This document shows, piece after piece, positions 37,940 through 51,812 of a stretch of 64,000 nt of DNA; the first letter of the stretch is position 1; the number at the start of each line of letters is the position of its first letter. The stretch spans positions 38,564,001 to 38,628,000 of the forward strand of contig OX597816.1 of assembly GCA_951406725.2 (NCBI GenBank), written 5' to 3'. A program made the translations under genes and the position numbers. Below the pieces are notes generated by a model. It made no database searches. It saw nothing but the letters and a program-made list of their open reading frames with translations, and was not told the DNA's origin. The stretch comes from Octopus vulgaris. Its lineage: Eukaryota.

Positions 37940-40394
37940 CCAAGGTTCGAAATCCAAGGTTCGAAAACCGAATTTGTACTAAAATGGAAATCCAGGTTTT
38001 ATGAAATCCAAATTTTTGGAATGCATATTTTTGAAAAACCAAATTTGTGAGGCCAGGTTTTGTAGGAAGCCAATTTTGGTGACACCAAAAACCAAAAATT
38101 CGGAGTCCGAATTTCTGAACTGTATATATATTTACCTTTGTAAATATTTTGACTGCACGTCTGGTGTGGCATTTGTTTTTTGTTCGTGTGTATGTTTGTT
38201 TTGTATGTAAGGTGATTTTCCCATGCTGACAATTGTTAATAATATTTTACAAAAAATTTCATGGTGTGGTGTTGTTTTGGATTCACCCTATCCTCGTTGA
38301 TTCTGTAAATTCGGGTTATGGCCACCAGGTCGTAACAAATTGATTTAACTTTATGAAAGAAAAAGAAAAGAAATTATAAAGATATGATTGTTATGTAAAT
38401 GTTCCCTGAGATATGGAGTGTATTTCAAGGGATTCCCAAGGGTAAAGCAGACACTAACATAAATAGTATTCTTTCTATATCATTTTGTAAGCATTGAATG
38501 TACACACCGACACCAAAGGGAGAGAGAGAGAGAGAGAATGACTAAGAAAGGTTGTATATAAGTGCATGTGTTTACTCATGCATCTCTTTAGCCTATGATG
38601 TTTGAACACATCAGTGGAATAGGCAACAACTACAAAAAACAGCACTATATCATACACAATACCACAGACACGTTTCTCACAATGGGACAGATAAACCATG
38701 CAGTTTCAGCTTTTAAGAACGAGAAGCTCTTCTATCATGGTCAGTGGCCTTCTAAGAGTCTATTTGGTATTTTCAAACAGAATTAAGAACAATAATCTAA
38801 AACCTAGTCTAATAAAGAAACAGAGTATGAAGAAATTTCTAAACATTCAGCCATGGATTTTAAGCATCAAAAACATCAACATAAAACAAGAACAAAGTAC
38901 AAGACAGAAAGATGATATCTAGTGGTATACACACACACACACACACACACACATGCATAGCATCATCATTTCAAGATCTACTTTTTCATGCTCACATGGG
39001 TAAGACAGAATTTATCAAGGCAGATTTTTTTTATAGCTAGATACCCTCCCTGACACCACCCTCACCTGTTTCCAAATAAGGTAAGATTTCCCCCCATGAT
39101 CAGACATGTCATCATGGAAGAGTGGATATGAAGGACAATACTTGAATGGTGTTGACACTCATTTACAACTATCATAAATGCCAAGGCAAGAAGACAGCAA
39201 TGCACGTATGCGCATGCACACCCACACACACACCAGTACCTTGCGAGTGAATATGATAGATGGAAATTGTGTGAAAGCCATAAGTGTATGCATGTATGCA
39301 TCTGTATTTGCCCTTCACCACTTAACAATCAGTGTTGGTTTCTTTACATTCCTACAACATAGCAGTTTGGCAAAAAGAATCTGATAGAATAAGTATCAGG
39401 CTTAACTCTTTAGCCATATCCAGCCAAAATACTCTCATCTGTTTTATGTCCAAACTGGCCAAATCTGGCCCCCTCACACCTACTCTACAATGGCATTCTA
39501 AAATAAACCACCGCACCATCAAAATCTTGAAGATATGAGGTTAATTCATGATCAACTCAAGTCAAAACAATGTGAATAAATAAGCATTACATTTGACAAA
39601 ACGGTTAAAATGAGTACTGGGGTTGACTTGATTGACTAAAAAACCCTTCAAGGTAGAATTCCAGTGTGGTCACAGTCAAATGACTGAAAAAAGTAAACAA
39701 ATAAATGATCACAAAAGCTTGCAGGAACAGTTAAAAGTAGTGAGTCAATGATTAACCCATTGTAAACCTGTAACGAATAACTTCATTGTTCACAAATGCA
39801 TGACATAAATAAAAAAACAAAAACAACTTTTTTTTTTTATGTGAAGTTAGCAATATCACATCAAAAGTAATTCCTGATGTTTTATTGTTATCATCAGAGA
39901 GATCAATACATTCGTATGGATAACTAACATGAATGGATGATGCAAGCTGACTTCAGAAGAAATAAACTAAAGAAGACTTGTGAAGTATTTATATCACATC
40001 TGAGAACATTGAATTTTACAGACCTGATGAAATAGGATCAAGACATATAAAGAGATGTATTGGTGCAGGCACATCAATTGCATATGAGCATTTGAAAAAA
40101 AAATGACAAGGAGAAGGAGGAGGAGAATAAAGGTGACAGTATGTGTTTACAATATAATTCTAGTATATTTTAACATCACAAGAAGTGTTAAAAGTTATCT
40201 GTCAATATGTCAATACTAATCACAAGCAAACGCATTGGATTCTCACATTTCTTCAGATCCTTTGTCTCAGAAAATCATTTAAGTATTTCTTATCCTGAAA
40301 TGAAACCAAACTAAATTTTACCTCAATGGTCAAAGGTTATAGTTAACCTGGGATGACACCACAAAATAGCTGAACTTTCCATTAACTGAACATG

Positions 40395-40732
40395 TGTTGT
40401 TGAGAAACTTGCTTCCCAACCATGTGACCTTGGGTTCAACCCCACAGCATAGCACTTTGGGCAAGTGTCTTCTACTACAGTGTTAGGCTGACCAGAGCGT
40501 TTTGAGTGGATTTGGTAGATGGAAACTGACAAGAAGCCCATGATATGTGTGTGCCTATCCCACTACCACTCGACAACCAGTGCTGGTTTGTTTACATCCC
40601 TGTAACAATGGTTCAGCAAAATAATAAGTACCAGGCTTAAAAAATAAGTACTAGGGGTCAATTTGTTTAACTAAATCCTTCAAAGTGATGCTTCAGCATA
40701 GCCACAGCCCAATGACTGAAACAATTAAAAGA
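40395..40732 (+). mobile_element. SINE family A, degraded
   Basis: cttgcttcccaacc...ttgggcaagtgtcttctac...aatgactgaaacaattaaaaga. Confidence 0.8.
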
Positions 40733-41058
40733 TATACTACATATCTAGATAAGTTCAAATCTGATAGACATAATTTCTGAGATAGCCAAACCACTGATTA
40801 GATATATTTTTTTAGTTTTATAATTCAGTTTGGGTGGGGAGAGGAGTGTACGACCTGTTTAGGACTTCACAAATTCTTAAGACTAATGAGACCGATGACG
40901 AACTTTTTTTTGTTCTTTTTCTTTATTGTTTAGACAAAAAAGCAATGCCCATGACCTTTTATTTTTCTAGACTCTCCAAGACCTAGAACGTTAAAACTTA
41001 GTGTGTATGCACAGCAAAGTTCTTTGCTAAGTGGCTTCACTCTGCTTGCTTTAGCTTC

Positions 41059-41072
41059 GTTACTATGGCAAC
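41059..41072. promoter_or_regulatory. RFX X-box consensus match
   Basis: GTTACTATGGCAAC fits GTTRCYATGGYAAC; sequence match only. Confidence 0.3.
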
Positions 41073-41110
41073 AGTCCGGATATTTATTGATCAGACCTTG
41101 TGTGTATGTA

Positions 41111-41145
<35 letters not shown>

Positions 41146-42018
41146 TTATTTATGTGCCCATCTGATATATTCAACTGATGAAGGCAGAGCTTATTTGAAG
41201 CAAAGCTAGAAATCCAGGATCTTGAATTATTCAGTAATATCTTTTTGCTAGTCTATTTTGTCCCTCTGTCTTATCTCATGGTGCGGTATGAATATTTAAG
41301 GTGGTTTTTAGAGTCAATGATTTGACTGCTATTTCGGCATGGTGGTGTCTCTCAGACACCCTTATTTCTAGTTATATATATAAAGGGTAATGACCCCATT
41401 TGTCATGAATGACCATGGGACTGCACCTAGAAAGTTTCCCTTCAAGGAACAAGTTTGGGGAAGGTTTTGTGGAAGACCAGCAATTACCTCTGCATACCAG
41501 CCTCTCTGTGCCACCGATATTATCCAAGGGAAAAGCAAAGGCTTGGCACCAGTGACATTGCTGAGTGAACTGGGGCAACATAAATAAAGTGTCTTGCTCA
41601 AGAACACAACACACAGCCTGGTCTGGGAATCAAACTCACTATCTAATGATCATAAGCCTGATACTCTAACCATTAAGCCATGCACCCTGATATACATATT
41701 TGCAAGTACATTCATGCTCAGTCATCAATAGAGAAAGAGTCAACTGGAAAGTGGCAAGGGTATTTTGCTGAAGTTTATATAGTACTATGCCTCTGTGCAT
41801 GCATGTGTTTGCTCATGTGCATGTGTGTGAGATCAGCAGATTCAAGAGGAAAGTATTTGGAATATTACACAGATATTCACTGTCTTACTGATTGATTGAC
41901 TAACTATGAATGATGCAAGCCAGTTTTTTTCAGTTTTTCTGTGGAGGCTCCACCCTGTCTAAGTATGCATTTTGTGGTATGTCTGCATTTACGTATGTGT
42001 GGGTGTGTGTGTGAGAAA

Positions 42019-42069
<51 letters not shown>

Positions 42070-43069
42070 TTCATGACAAAACAATAAGAGGAAATAGAAA
42101 AAACCATAGAGTAATAAACAAAAAAAAAAAGGTAGAGTTTGGTTATTTGTATGAAACTAATAATAATAATGTCAATCTTTGCAGAATGCAATCTGATTTG
42201 ATTGCTGTCAGAATAAGGTCAAGACACTGAAAAAAAACCTGAAGTTTCCTTCAATCTGTTTATAATAGACTGTTTACAGGGTTCAGTAAAAATGTTTATT
42301 CCACTCTTACACAAACACACAAACATTCACAAAATAGCATACAAATACAATTATAGTAATTCATACATACAAGACTTCATTTAAATACAAAGCATAAAAA
42401 AGCATATGCACACACATACTTGGTGTTTATATATATATATATATCAATGGGTGAGTGTATTTTATTCAGAAGCCACTGCTTTTTTCAGATTAGCTATTAA
42501 CTTGCCTCATATTCACAGTGCCCTAATCCAATACACTAAGTCAAGGGAGCCAATATATCTGTAACTTGCTATATATATATATATCTGTCAGAAGCACTAC
42601 ATTGGGTTCAAGAGATGGGCCACAGAACATGTCAGTGGGTCCCAGCCCTTTACTAAAAACCTTTTCTTACACATGCATGCACATATGTGCACACACACAC
42701 ACACAAACTTTTTCTTTCAAAGAAAATTTTATGTACTGGTGGGTCACTGAACATTTGATAGCTTTTAGATAATCTTTGCACCCTGATTTAATTTTCACTT
42801 ACATAAAGATTCCTGGCTTTCACCCCGACATAGGAATGCAACATTCAATATGTACATGCACAACTGTGTGGCTCAGTCTCTCTGAGTGGTATCTTAGGCA
42901 AATGTCTCCTGCTATAGCTCTGGGTTGACATATGGGGCAAAGTTATTTTAAAGTTCCCCTATATATACATATGTAAATATGTACATATATATACATATGT
43001 ATATATACATATATATGTATATGTATATATTTGTATATATATATATATGCGTATATATATATATGTATG

Positions 43070-43498
43070 TAGTCACCGTTTCTCTCAATAGCAATGTTCC
43101 ACCTTCGAAGGCGAGCATATATCCCTGCCCCATAAAATTCTGTTGACTGTTCTTTGAGCCACTTCTTCACTACAGTTTCCACTTATTAGTCACTGGACTA
43201 TCATCTCTTCGGCCCCATGAAAGAGGATTTGAGAGGCAAACATTATTCCAGTGACAAGGAAGAAAAAAAACTGTAGTGAAGAAATGGCTCAAAGAACAGT
43301 CAACAGAATTTTACAGGGCAAGGATACATGATCTTATTCGAAGGTGGAACATTGCTAGTGAGAGAAACGGTGACTATGTTGAGAAGTAGGGATGTGATCC
43401 ACAGAGGACCAGCTTCATTTTGATGTATGATACATGTTCCTCTGTTGGTAATTATACCTGTCCTAAACAAAATGACATTACTATTTGACTCACACTCG
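43070..43498 (+). mobile_element. mariner 3' end (transposase C-terminus + TIR) preceded by an inverted duplication of itself
   Basis: DYHLFGPMKEDLRGKHYSSD...[14 protein letters not shown]...IRRWNIASERNGDYVEK*, then a TIR-like end attactatttgactcacactcg|TA. 43070-43197 is the reverse complement of 43247-43376. Confidence 0.85.
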
Positions 43499-43539
43499 TA
43501 CATATGTATATATACATACATATATACATACAAATATGT

Positions 43540-43805
43540 GAAGGCGTGTGGCTTAGTGACAAGGGCATTCTGCTCACAATCTTACAATCATGAGTTCAAT
43601 TCCCGGCGACATGTGTCCTTGAGCAAGACATTATTTCAAGTTGCTTCTGTCCACTCAGCTGGCAAAAATGAGTAGTATCTGTATTTCAAAGGGCCAGCAA
43701 CGTCTGTCTGTGCAGTGCTCAGCTACTTGCACATTAATTTCACAAGCAAGCTGTTCCATTGATAGTATCAGTTGGGACTCTCATTGTCATAACCAATAGA
43801 GTACT
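43540..43805 (+). mobile_element. CORE-like SINE with the family B 3' half
   Basis: tRNA-like head gaaggcgtgtggcttagtg...gagttcaattcc, CORE-like gtgtccttgagcaagac, then ctgtatttcaaagggcc...gtgctcagctacttgcac as in family B. Confidence 0.75.
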
Positions 43806-43866
43806 CCTTATACACACACACATACACATATATTTTATTTTTTTTATTTATGTGCCATTTTCAAGC

Positions 43867-44918
43867 CTGTCTGTGTGTGTGTGTCTTCTAGGATCTCAGG
43901 CATCCTCCATCTGATTGCGCCCAAATTTGATATGTAGATACCAACGGTATCAGGGTGTGTATAAGTCTTGAAAAAATTACAAAAATCGATTCCAGGTGAG
44001 AATGTAATCGATAAAGCCGTGGGAATGTGCATTTGTACACGCAAGTACATCAGCTGTTGCGATTGATACTATGCGTACATGAGAAAAATGTACGTGTAGT
44101 TTGCGCAAAAAAAGGCGGCTGGCTTGAAATAATGCCACAAAATGCAGTATATTTAAGAGACTAAAAAAGTAAGATGCAAAAGAGATATTTTCTTCAAATT
44201 TGGCATGAAGGAAGGAAAGACTATTTGGTTTCTCAAGAAGTTTTTCTTTTTGCCTTAACTTCGTTTAACAAAACCAAAAATTTTATTGAAATAAAGGCAT
44301 GTTTAATTATTTTTTAATGAAAAGAAAACACTGATTGCTTTTTATTCAAGGAAGAAAATACTATTTTCTTTCTAATAAATGATTTTTGTTGCCTTACAGC
44401 TTTAAACCAAAAAAAGTGTGTTTTTAGTGAAAGAAAACCATTATTGTATTCAATCGAGATTGTTTGAGCTATATTTCAAGGTGAATGTAGTCAAAATACT
44501 TCAATTTTAGAAACAAAAGACTATTTGCTTGCTTCTTAATCGTGCAATATTTGCATTTACTAAACATACACAATTAATCTACAATTGACCAGTTTTTGTT
44601 TTTTTTTTCAATGAAAATGCGATACTTTTGCATTTCTAACTATAATTGTGTTATTGTTTCAAAGGTATTGGTGTTTATCTCGCGTACGCATAGTATCGAT
44701 CGCAACAGCTGATGTACTTTGCACCTACAAATGCAGGTTCCCATGGCTTTATCGATCGCATTCTCACCTGGAATCGATTTTTGTAACTTTTTCAAGACTT
44801 ATAGACGCCCTGATACTGTCAGTTATTACATATCAAATTTGAGCGCAATCAGATGGAGGATGCCTGAGATCCTAGAAGACACACACACAGACAGACAGAA
44901 CAGATTTTATATAATAGA
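43867..44918. mobile_element. Two inverted Helitron-like 5' ends forming a ~1-kb fold-back
   Basis: 43867-44088 is the reverse complement of 44673-44897. The right copy begins (minus) A|TCTATTATATAAAA...(CTGT)n(GT)n, the typical Helitron 5' layout. No CTRR 3' end identified. Confidence 0.6.
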
Positions 44919-44924
44919 TATACA

Positions 44925-44982
<58 letters not shown>

Positions 44983-45051
44983 AATACATATGTATACACT
45001 CACATATATATATACACATGTATACACACACATATATATATACACATGTAT

Positions 45052-45096
<45 letters not shown>

Positions 45097-45113
45097 TATA
45101 TAAATATATGTAT

Positions 45114-45148
<35 letters not shown>

Positions 45149-45204
45149 CATACAAATATACATCTATATACATATAAATCTATATATACATATAAATCTA
45201 TATA

Positions 45205-45430
45205 TTGCTGGGAGCCTCCTCCAAGATGTGGCACTTGGTGAAGAATGGAATTTGATCTAGCTGCCCTCATTTGCACCTCTTGCTGTGAGGTAGGTTCACC
45301 TAGGACTCTCAACAGGAAGAGGTCCATCTTTGATTTAAAAACACCTACATCTACTTTGTGCATGATCCTCAGGCTCTTTGGGAGAATATTAAAAAGTTGT
45401 GGGCCCCTGAAACCCAGGCTGTTGCAGTAA
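45205..45430 (-). mobile_element. CR1/L2-group LINE 3' ORF end
   Basis: [21 protein letters not shown]...[14 protein letters not shown]...[11 protein letters not shown] resembles the FS.RGP.LFN.LP...FK.KLD.FL C-terminus. Confidence 0.7.
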
Positions 45431-45458
45431 AAGAGTAAAAGAGAATGCTTCAACAATA

Positions 45459-45629
45459 GGCGCAGGAGTGGCTGTGTGGTAAGTAGCTTGCTAACCAACC
45501 ACATGGTTGCGGGTTCAGTCCCACTGCGTGGCATCTTGGGCAAGTGTCTTCTGCTATAGCCCCGGGCCGACCAATGCCTTGTGAGTGGATTTGGTAGACG
45601 GAAACTGAAAGAAGCCTGTCGTATATATG

Positions 45630-45662
<33 letters not shown>

Positions 45663-45872
45663 TTGTGTGTCTGTGTTTGTCCCCCTAGCATTGCTTGACA
45701 ACCGATGCTGGTGTGTCTACGTCCCCGTCACTTAGCAGTTCGGCAAAAGAGACCGATAGAATAAGTACTGGGCTTACAAAGAATAAGTTCCGGGGTCGAT
45801 TTGATCGACTAAAGGCGGTGCTCCAGCATGGCCGCAGTCAAATGACTGAAACAAGTAAAAGAGTAAAGAGTA
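45459..45872 (+). mobile_element. SINE family A, full length, young
   Basis: ggcgcaggagtggctgtgtggtaagtagc...gggttcagtccc head; (GTAAAAGA)n-like tail. Confidence 0.93.
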
Positions 45873-46348
45873 ACAAGAAAAGTATTTGATCAGCTAAGAG
45901 GGTGATGATAATGTCATAATAAAAAAAAATCTTGTTAAATACAGCTGCCCAAGATTTCCTGGTTGAAATGATAATCTATTTTGCTGTTTATCAAGCTGAG
46001 AACAAGACATACATGCATACATACATATTTAAACAGACAGATATTTTCCTATTATTTAATTGGCAGAAATTACAAAAGTGATTTGAAGATTTCATGCATG
46101 GTATGTGTGTGTGTGTGTGTGTGTGTGCGTGCATGACTGAGTGTACATTCCATCTCACTGTCATGTGTTCTGAATAGAAACAAAAGCACTGTTTGCAATC
46201 CCTCCATGAAATCATGTCTCAACTGTTTCTTCTTCAACAGATGGGGCAAATCATTAGCTTGCTTGGAAACAGAGGAGATTGGAATCAGCATGAGTATCGT
46301 CTTACCCATACAAGCATGGAAAGTGGATGTTTAATGATAATGATGGTG

Positions 46349-46380
<32 letters not shown>

Positions 46381-46386
46381 ATATAA

Positions 46387-46610
46387 GGCGAGCTGGCAGA
46401 ACCGTTAGCACGCCAGGCGAAATGCGTAGCCGTATTTCGTCTGCCGTTACATTCTGAGTTCAAATTCCGCCAAGGTCGACTTTGCCTTTCATCCTTTCGG
46501 GGTCGATAAATTAAGTACCAGTTACGCACTGGGGTCGATGTAATCGACTTAATCCGTTTGTCTGTCCTTGTTTGCCCCCTCTGTGTTTAGACCCTTGTGG
46601 GTAGTAAAGA

Positions 46611-46613
<3 letters not shown>
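46387..46613 (+). mobile_element. SINE family C, full length
   Basis: Matches the reverse complement of 32288-32517; flanked by (TA)n. Confidence 0.9.
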
Positions 46614-46643
<30 letters not shown>

Positions 46644-48536
46644 CCTTTTGTGGAGAATGGCGATTTGACGTCTATATCTAGCATGTTGACTGTCCACTTT
46701 TCGTGTTCAGTCCTTAATTGGTATATATATATATATATATTTCTTTTATTATTATTATTAGGGCCAGGTTCCAACTTGGGCCAAAATTATTTGCCATCAG
46801 CTACATCTGTCCCATCAGGGTTTGAAGATGCAGTGTCATAAGTGCCACATAAATCCAGGTGTGTTCAACAACAGGTTGTAGATTGGGAGCTCAAACCCTA
46901 GTGCAGCCAGTAAACTTAGTCATTTTGACCTTTCAATAGCTTAACACTGACAGGGGTCATATACTCTTCCTGTAGATTGCATTTCCTCATTAGTAGAGAC
47001 AAATTCTCCTCCAGTGAGGCAGAAATTGTGTGGACTCAATGAATCAGTTTGTTGAAGTTTGCATCAACTGCATACCAACCTCCCACAATTTAAGGCTGGG
47101 ATTTTCCATCATTGAGGTTTACTTCCCTAGGTATGTATGTATATACATACACACACATACACACATATACTAGTCTAATATCAAGCCTACAGACAGGAAA
47201 TTAAATAAGAAGAGAAATTTGTTTCTCATTCTACTTGAATAATCAAATAGCATGAAACTCAATGATTAACTTTATTTTTACATGTGCATACATTTCTTTG
47301 GGCATACATTTTGTGTATTCACATATGTAATCAGTGTATTTTCTCACATTTGTATGTATGTATGTATGTATGTATGTATGTATGTATAAATATATAAATA
47401 ATTTAGAATGAAAGTAAACTTTCCTTTCACTTTTCTTTATTCTCTCCACTCTGTCTTTTTCTCAATTTTTCTCCCCTCTACCAATTCTCTTTCATCTAAA
47501 TGATGAACTAGATGCTTTGTGAATTTTTAAAAATGTAATTTAAGGACTTAATAAGTCCATAATAGAGCTCAAGGTTTTTGAAAAAGCAAAATTTCTAATT
47601 TTGTTTAAACTCAAATATGAGTCATAAAGTAAATTCAACAATAGGTTTCCACACATTGTTAAACTTAACACTGAAGCTTTGTCTTAAACTTTCCATGTAA
47701 CATGCACCAATAATGTTTAAATCCCCCACCCCTGTGAAGTGTATCACTAACTTTTGTCCTGTATATTACAAGGTTGAAAAGACTGAGAACCAGTGCTCTA
47801 ATTTTTCCTCTTCAAAGGCCTAATACACACATTTTCTCATTCTGTTTACATAATTAGAACCTCACAAACAGATGAAACTTTCTAGAAAAAGACAAATTTT
47901 TCTTCTTTTGTCATCTAAATTGATTTATGAAATTAAATTTTGGGGTTATTAATCTGGAGAAAGTTGTATGAAAAAAAATAAGTTACTTCAAATATTTATG
48001 TAAATGGAAAAGATTCATATTTTTCTACTAATTGACACAACATAGAATGCTTATCTAATTTCATTTTCCATAGCATACGTGCAATATCTTGCGTGTTTTG
48101 AGGGAAACCTGATAAACCAACAAAACTAAAGAAAAATAAAAATTTATAAAAGGGGATAAAATGGACTTTTTAAAATAAAAATTATACAGATTTTTGACAG
48201 GTTAATTAAGACAGATTACTTGTTTCCAAAGAGTTAATTACAATCTTTAACACCTGTGAAATAAAAAGTTAGAACACAAAAAGACACATACAAAATTACA
48301 AGAATAGTAAAAGACAAGGATGAATAAAGTTTACTTTGTTGAAGTAGGTGATATAAAATATAGATGAGTTCACTATCCTAAATGATTTTTATTGAAATCA
48401 TGTCTTACATTTTACCTGTTACTTTATAAACACACAGGCATAGTTACAGATTCAGTCCAAATGTATTGCACCTTGGGCAAGTGTTTCATGGCACTAAAGG
48501 ACTTTTTCACAGTCATAATTTTTTACCTCTTTTAGT

Positions 48537-48763
48537 TTAACCCTTTCGTTACCAACCCGGCTAAAACCGGCTCTGGCTCTGTGTACAAATGTCTTGTTTT
48601 CATAAGTTTTGAATTAAAATCTTCCACCAAAGCTTAGTCACAATTTATGTTCCTAACACTAGCTGAATGATAACTAAGTTATTTTACTATATTCTTTGTT
48701 ATATTTAAAGTAATTGAAAGAAATACAGAGCATCTCAAAAAAATACAGTAATGAAAGGGTTAA
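48537..48763. mobile_element. piggyBac-type MITE family 2
   Basis: TTAACCCTTTCGTTAC...GTAATGAAAGGGTTAA. Confidence 0.9.
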
Positions 48764-48917
48764 TCGAAAATATTTCTGTTGATTTTAATAATTCTTTTGC
48801 TTCTTTATTTAAACTAGAATTTTTTGTCTTTTATTCATTTGCAATATTGAAAATGAATTAAGAAGTCATGTAAATTCTGAATAAGCATTTGGCTGAAGTT
48901 AAAACTAAGTTAAAGTA

Positions 48918-49071
48918 TAGGCTTGGCTGTATGGTAAGAAGCTTGCTTCCCAACCACATGGTTCTGAGTTCAGTTGCTCTGTGTGGCACCCTGGGCAAAT
49001 ATCTTCTACTATAGCCTTGGGCCAACCAAAGCCTTGTGAGTGGATCTGGTAGACAGAAACTGAAAGAAGCT

Positions 49072-49131
<60 letters not shown>

Positions 49132-49349
49132 GTATCTTTGTGTCTGTGTTTGTCCCTCCCCGCACCATTGCTTGGCAACCAATGCTGGGGTGTTTACATC
49201 CCTGTAACATGGCAGTTCAGCAAAAGACACTGATAGAATAGGTGCTAGGCTTACAAAGAATAAATCCTGGGGTCGATTTCTTTGACTAAAATACCCTGCA
49301 AGGTGGTGCTCCAGCATGACTGTAGTCAAATGACTGAAACAAGTAAAAT
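48918..49349 (+). mobile_element. SINE family A
   Basis: Same head, internal (TA)n and tail as 45459-45872, more diverged. Confidence 0.88.
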
Positions 49350-49361
49350 ATATATATATAT

Positions 49362-49736
49362 ATCATCATCATCATCGTTTAGCATCTGCTTTCCATGCTA
49401 GCATGGGTTGGACGGTTCAACTGGGGTCTGGGAAGCCAGAAGGCTGCACCAGGCCCAGTCTGATCTGGCAATGTTTCTATATCATAATCATCATCATCGT
49501 TTAACGTCCGTTCTCCATGCTAGCATGGGTTGGATGGTTCGACCGGGGATCTGGCAAGCCAGAAGGCTGCACCAGGCTCCGGTCTTATCTGGCAATGTTT
49601 CTACAGCTGGATGCCCTTCCTAACGCCAACCACTCCGTGAGTGTAGTGGGTGCTTTTTACGTGCCACCTGCACTGGTGCCAGGCAAGGCTGGCATTGGCC
49701 ACGGTCGGATTGGTGCATTTTACGTGCCACCTGCAC
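49362..49736 (-). mobile_element. Two tandem 5'-truncated RTE tails (family D)
   Basis: (CAT)n-cgtttaa...ccatgctagcatgggttgga occurs at ~49364 and ~49487; the second copy extends through two ggtggcac motif units. Confidence 0.9.
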
Positions 49737-49780
<44 letters not shown>

Positions 49781-51416
49781 TAGTTGACCATCCTGTTGTT
49801 GCTAGGGAGTTTTCACAACAGAATCCCCTGATAGACTTTTAACATGCCCATATATGATGGATTTCTCCATTTTGACACCGATTTTTTCACATTTGTTTTC
49901 ACCACACCCTTGCAAGTGTTTTGTGAAAATCAATTTTTTAAAATTTGTTATTCCCCCACCCCTTTCTGGCCTCATTTTCTCCAACTATTTTTTGCACCCT
50001 GCACTTAAAAGCAATGGGAAATGCCTTATCAGTAAAAAAAAAAAAAAAAAAAAAAGAGAAATTTTGAACATCATGATTGTTTTCAAACCCTCTTCCCCAC
50101 TCAGTATTTTCAAACAGAAAAGGAAACAATTTTAAAATATTAGTGAAGTTTTTTTTACAATTTTGTCATTAACCCCACCGACACCCCATAAATCATAAAT
50201 TTTTTTACATTTTTTTCAAAATTCATTTTAATCAGGTTCATATTTTAAATATGGACACTCAGAATCTGCAATTTGTTCCTGTTTATAATTTCAAAATAAT
50301 TTTCAGATGAAAACATGTGCGATTTAAGGGAGATTTAGCTGTTGTTTTTAGCACATCCTACCACCACTTTGTACCTTCCTTGTTTCTTTATCACTCTGAC
50401 ATGTATTGATGTTTTTCAATATTTTTCTCCCCGTAAACACATTTTATGGAATGATGATGTGGAAGTAATGGTTTTGATTAGCTAAAGGGTGGTTCATTGC
50501 TGAGATTTTAGCAGCAACGAAAAAAAAATTTTGTAATTTAAATTTCTAACCTCCACCTGTATCAAGCAAGGTGTGTGTGTGGGGGGGGGCTTTTTAAACC
50601 ACTGTCACCTGCATAAAATTCCTTACACACAGTGACACACTAGAGTGAGCAATATACATGTATATACAAAATGAGAGAGAGAAAGAGTGTAGTAAATATA
50701 CATAGAGAGGAGAAAAGTTTACAATAAGAAAAGTGAAAAATGAGAGAGAGAGAGAGCTTTTCTGTTGCTGTCACAGATTTTGAAATTTTAAAATCAAGTG
50801 AATATTTTCAAATTTGGTATATTGATGTACTTTTTCCAATTTTGTAATTCATTTATTCAAGAAAAATTTCAGAAAAATATTACAGAGGTTTAAAGTTTGA
50901 TCATTTTTACCCAGTTAGCAAACAGGATTTGTGTGTGATAGCTAGTATCATATAATGAAAGTAAACATTAGAAGATGAAGTTTTAAACAAAATGAAAGCA
51001 ATTGCATGTCAAATGAAGAGAGTGAGAGAGAGGGGGGGCAGCAGCAAGTGCGAAAGATAATATATATAAAGAGAGAGATGAATATATAGAAAAGAAAGAG
51101 ATGAATATATACGTAGATGGGAAGTGTAAAAAAAGAGAGAGCCTGGGTAACCAATAAAGAGTGGGAGATTTGTCAACCTAAAAGTTGAGTTATTTCTCAT
51201 AGCAAATTATATTTTTTAATCGTTGTTTATAGACAACCGTCTCTTTGGGATGCAGATTTCAAAAATCAAATTCATTTTTCTAGATGATGCACCATATCAG
51301 AGCCTTTGGAGGCTGAACACACACATACATGTATATAAACATACACACATATATACATACACACATATATACATACACACAATATATACACACACACACA
51401 TGCACATATATATATA

Positions 51417-51640
51417 CAGTAATCCCTCGCCATATCGCGGTTCACCTATTGTGGTTCATTATTTAAGCTTATTTCGATTCCTCCATAGTGCCGTTTTGCA
51501 TTTATAGTAAATTAAATATAAATAAATAATAAAAATAATTAAAAAAATATATACAGTACTGTACTGTTTCTAATTTGTGGATTTTCAACTATCGTGGGGG
51601 TTTTTGGAATGTAACACCCACGATAGTCGAGGGATTACTG
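51417..51640. mobile_element. Tc1/mariner(pogo)-type MITE
   Basis: TA|CAGTAATCCCTCG...CGAGGGATTACTG|TA: 13-bp perfect TIR with TA TSD. Confidence 0.9.
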
Positions 51641-51686
51641 TATGTATGTGTGTATATATACATACATATACATACATACATATATC

Positions 51687-51732
<46 letters not shown>

Positions 51733-51812
51733 TACATACACATAAGTGAACAAATGAAAGAAAATGGCATTCAACATGTTTGGTAAGAGTTAACATATAT
51801 TATTCCTACCAC

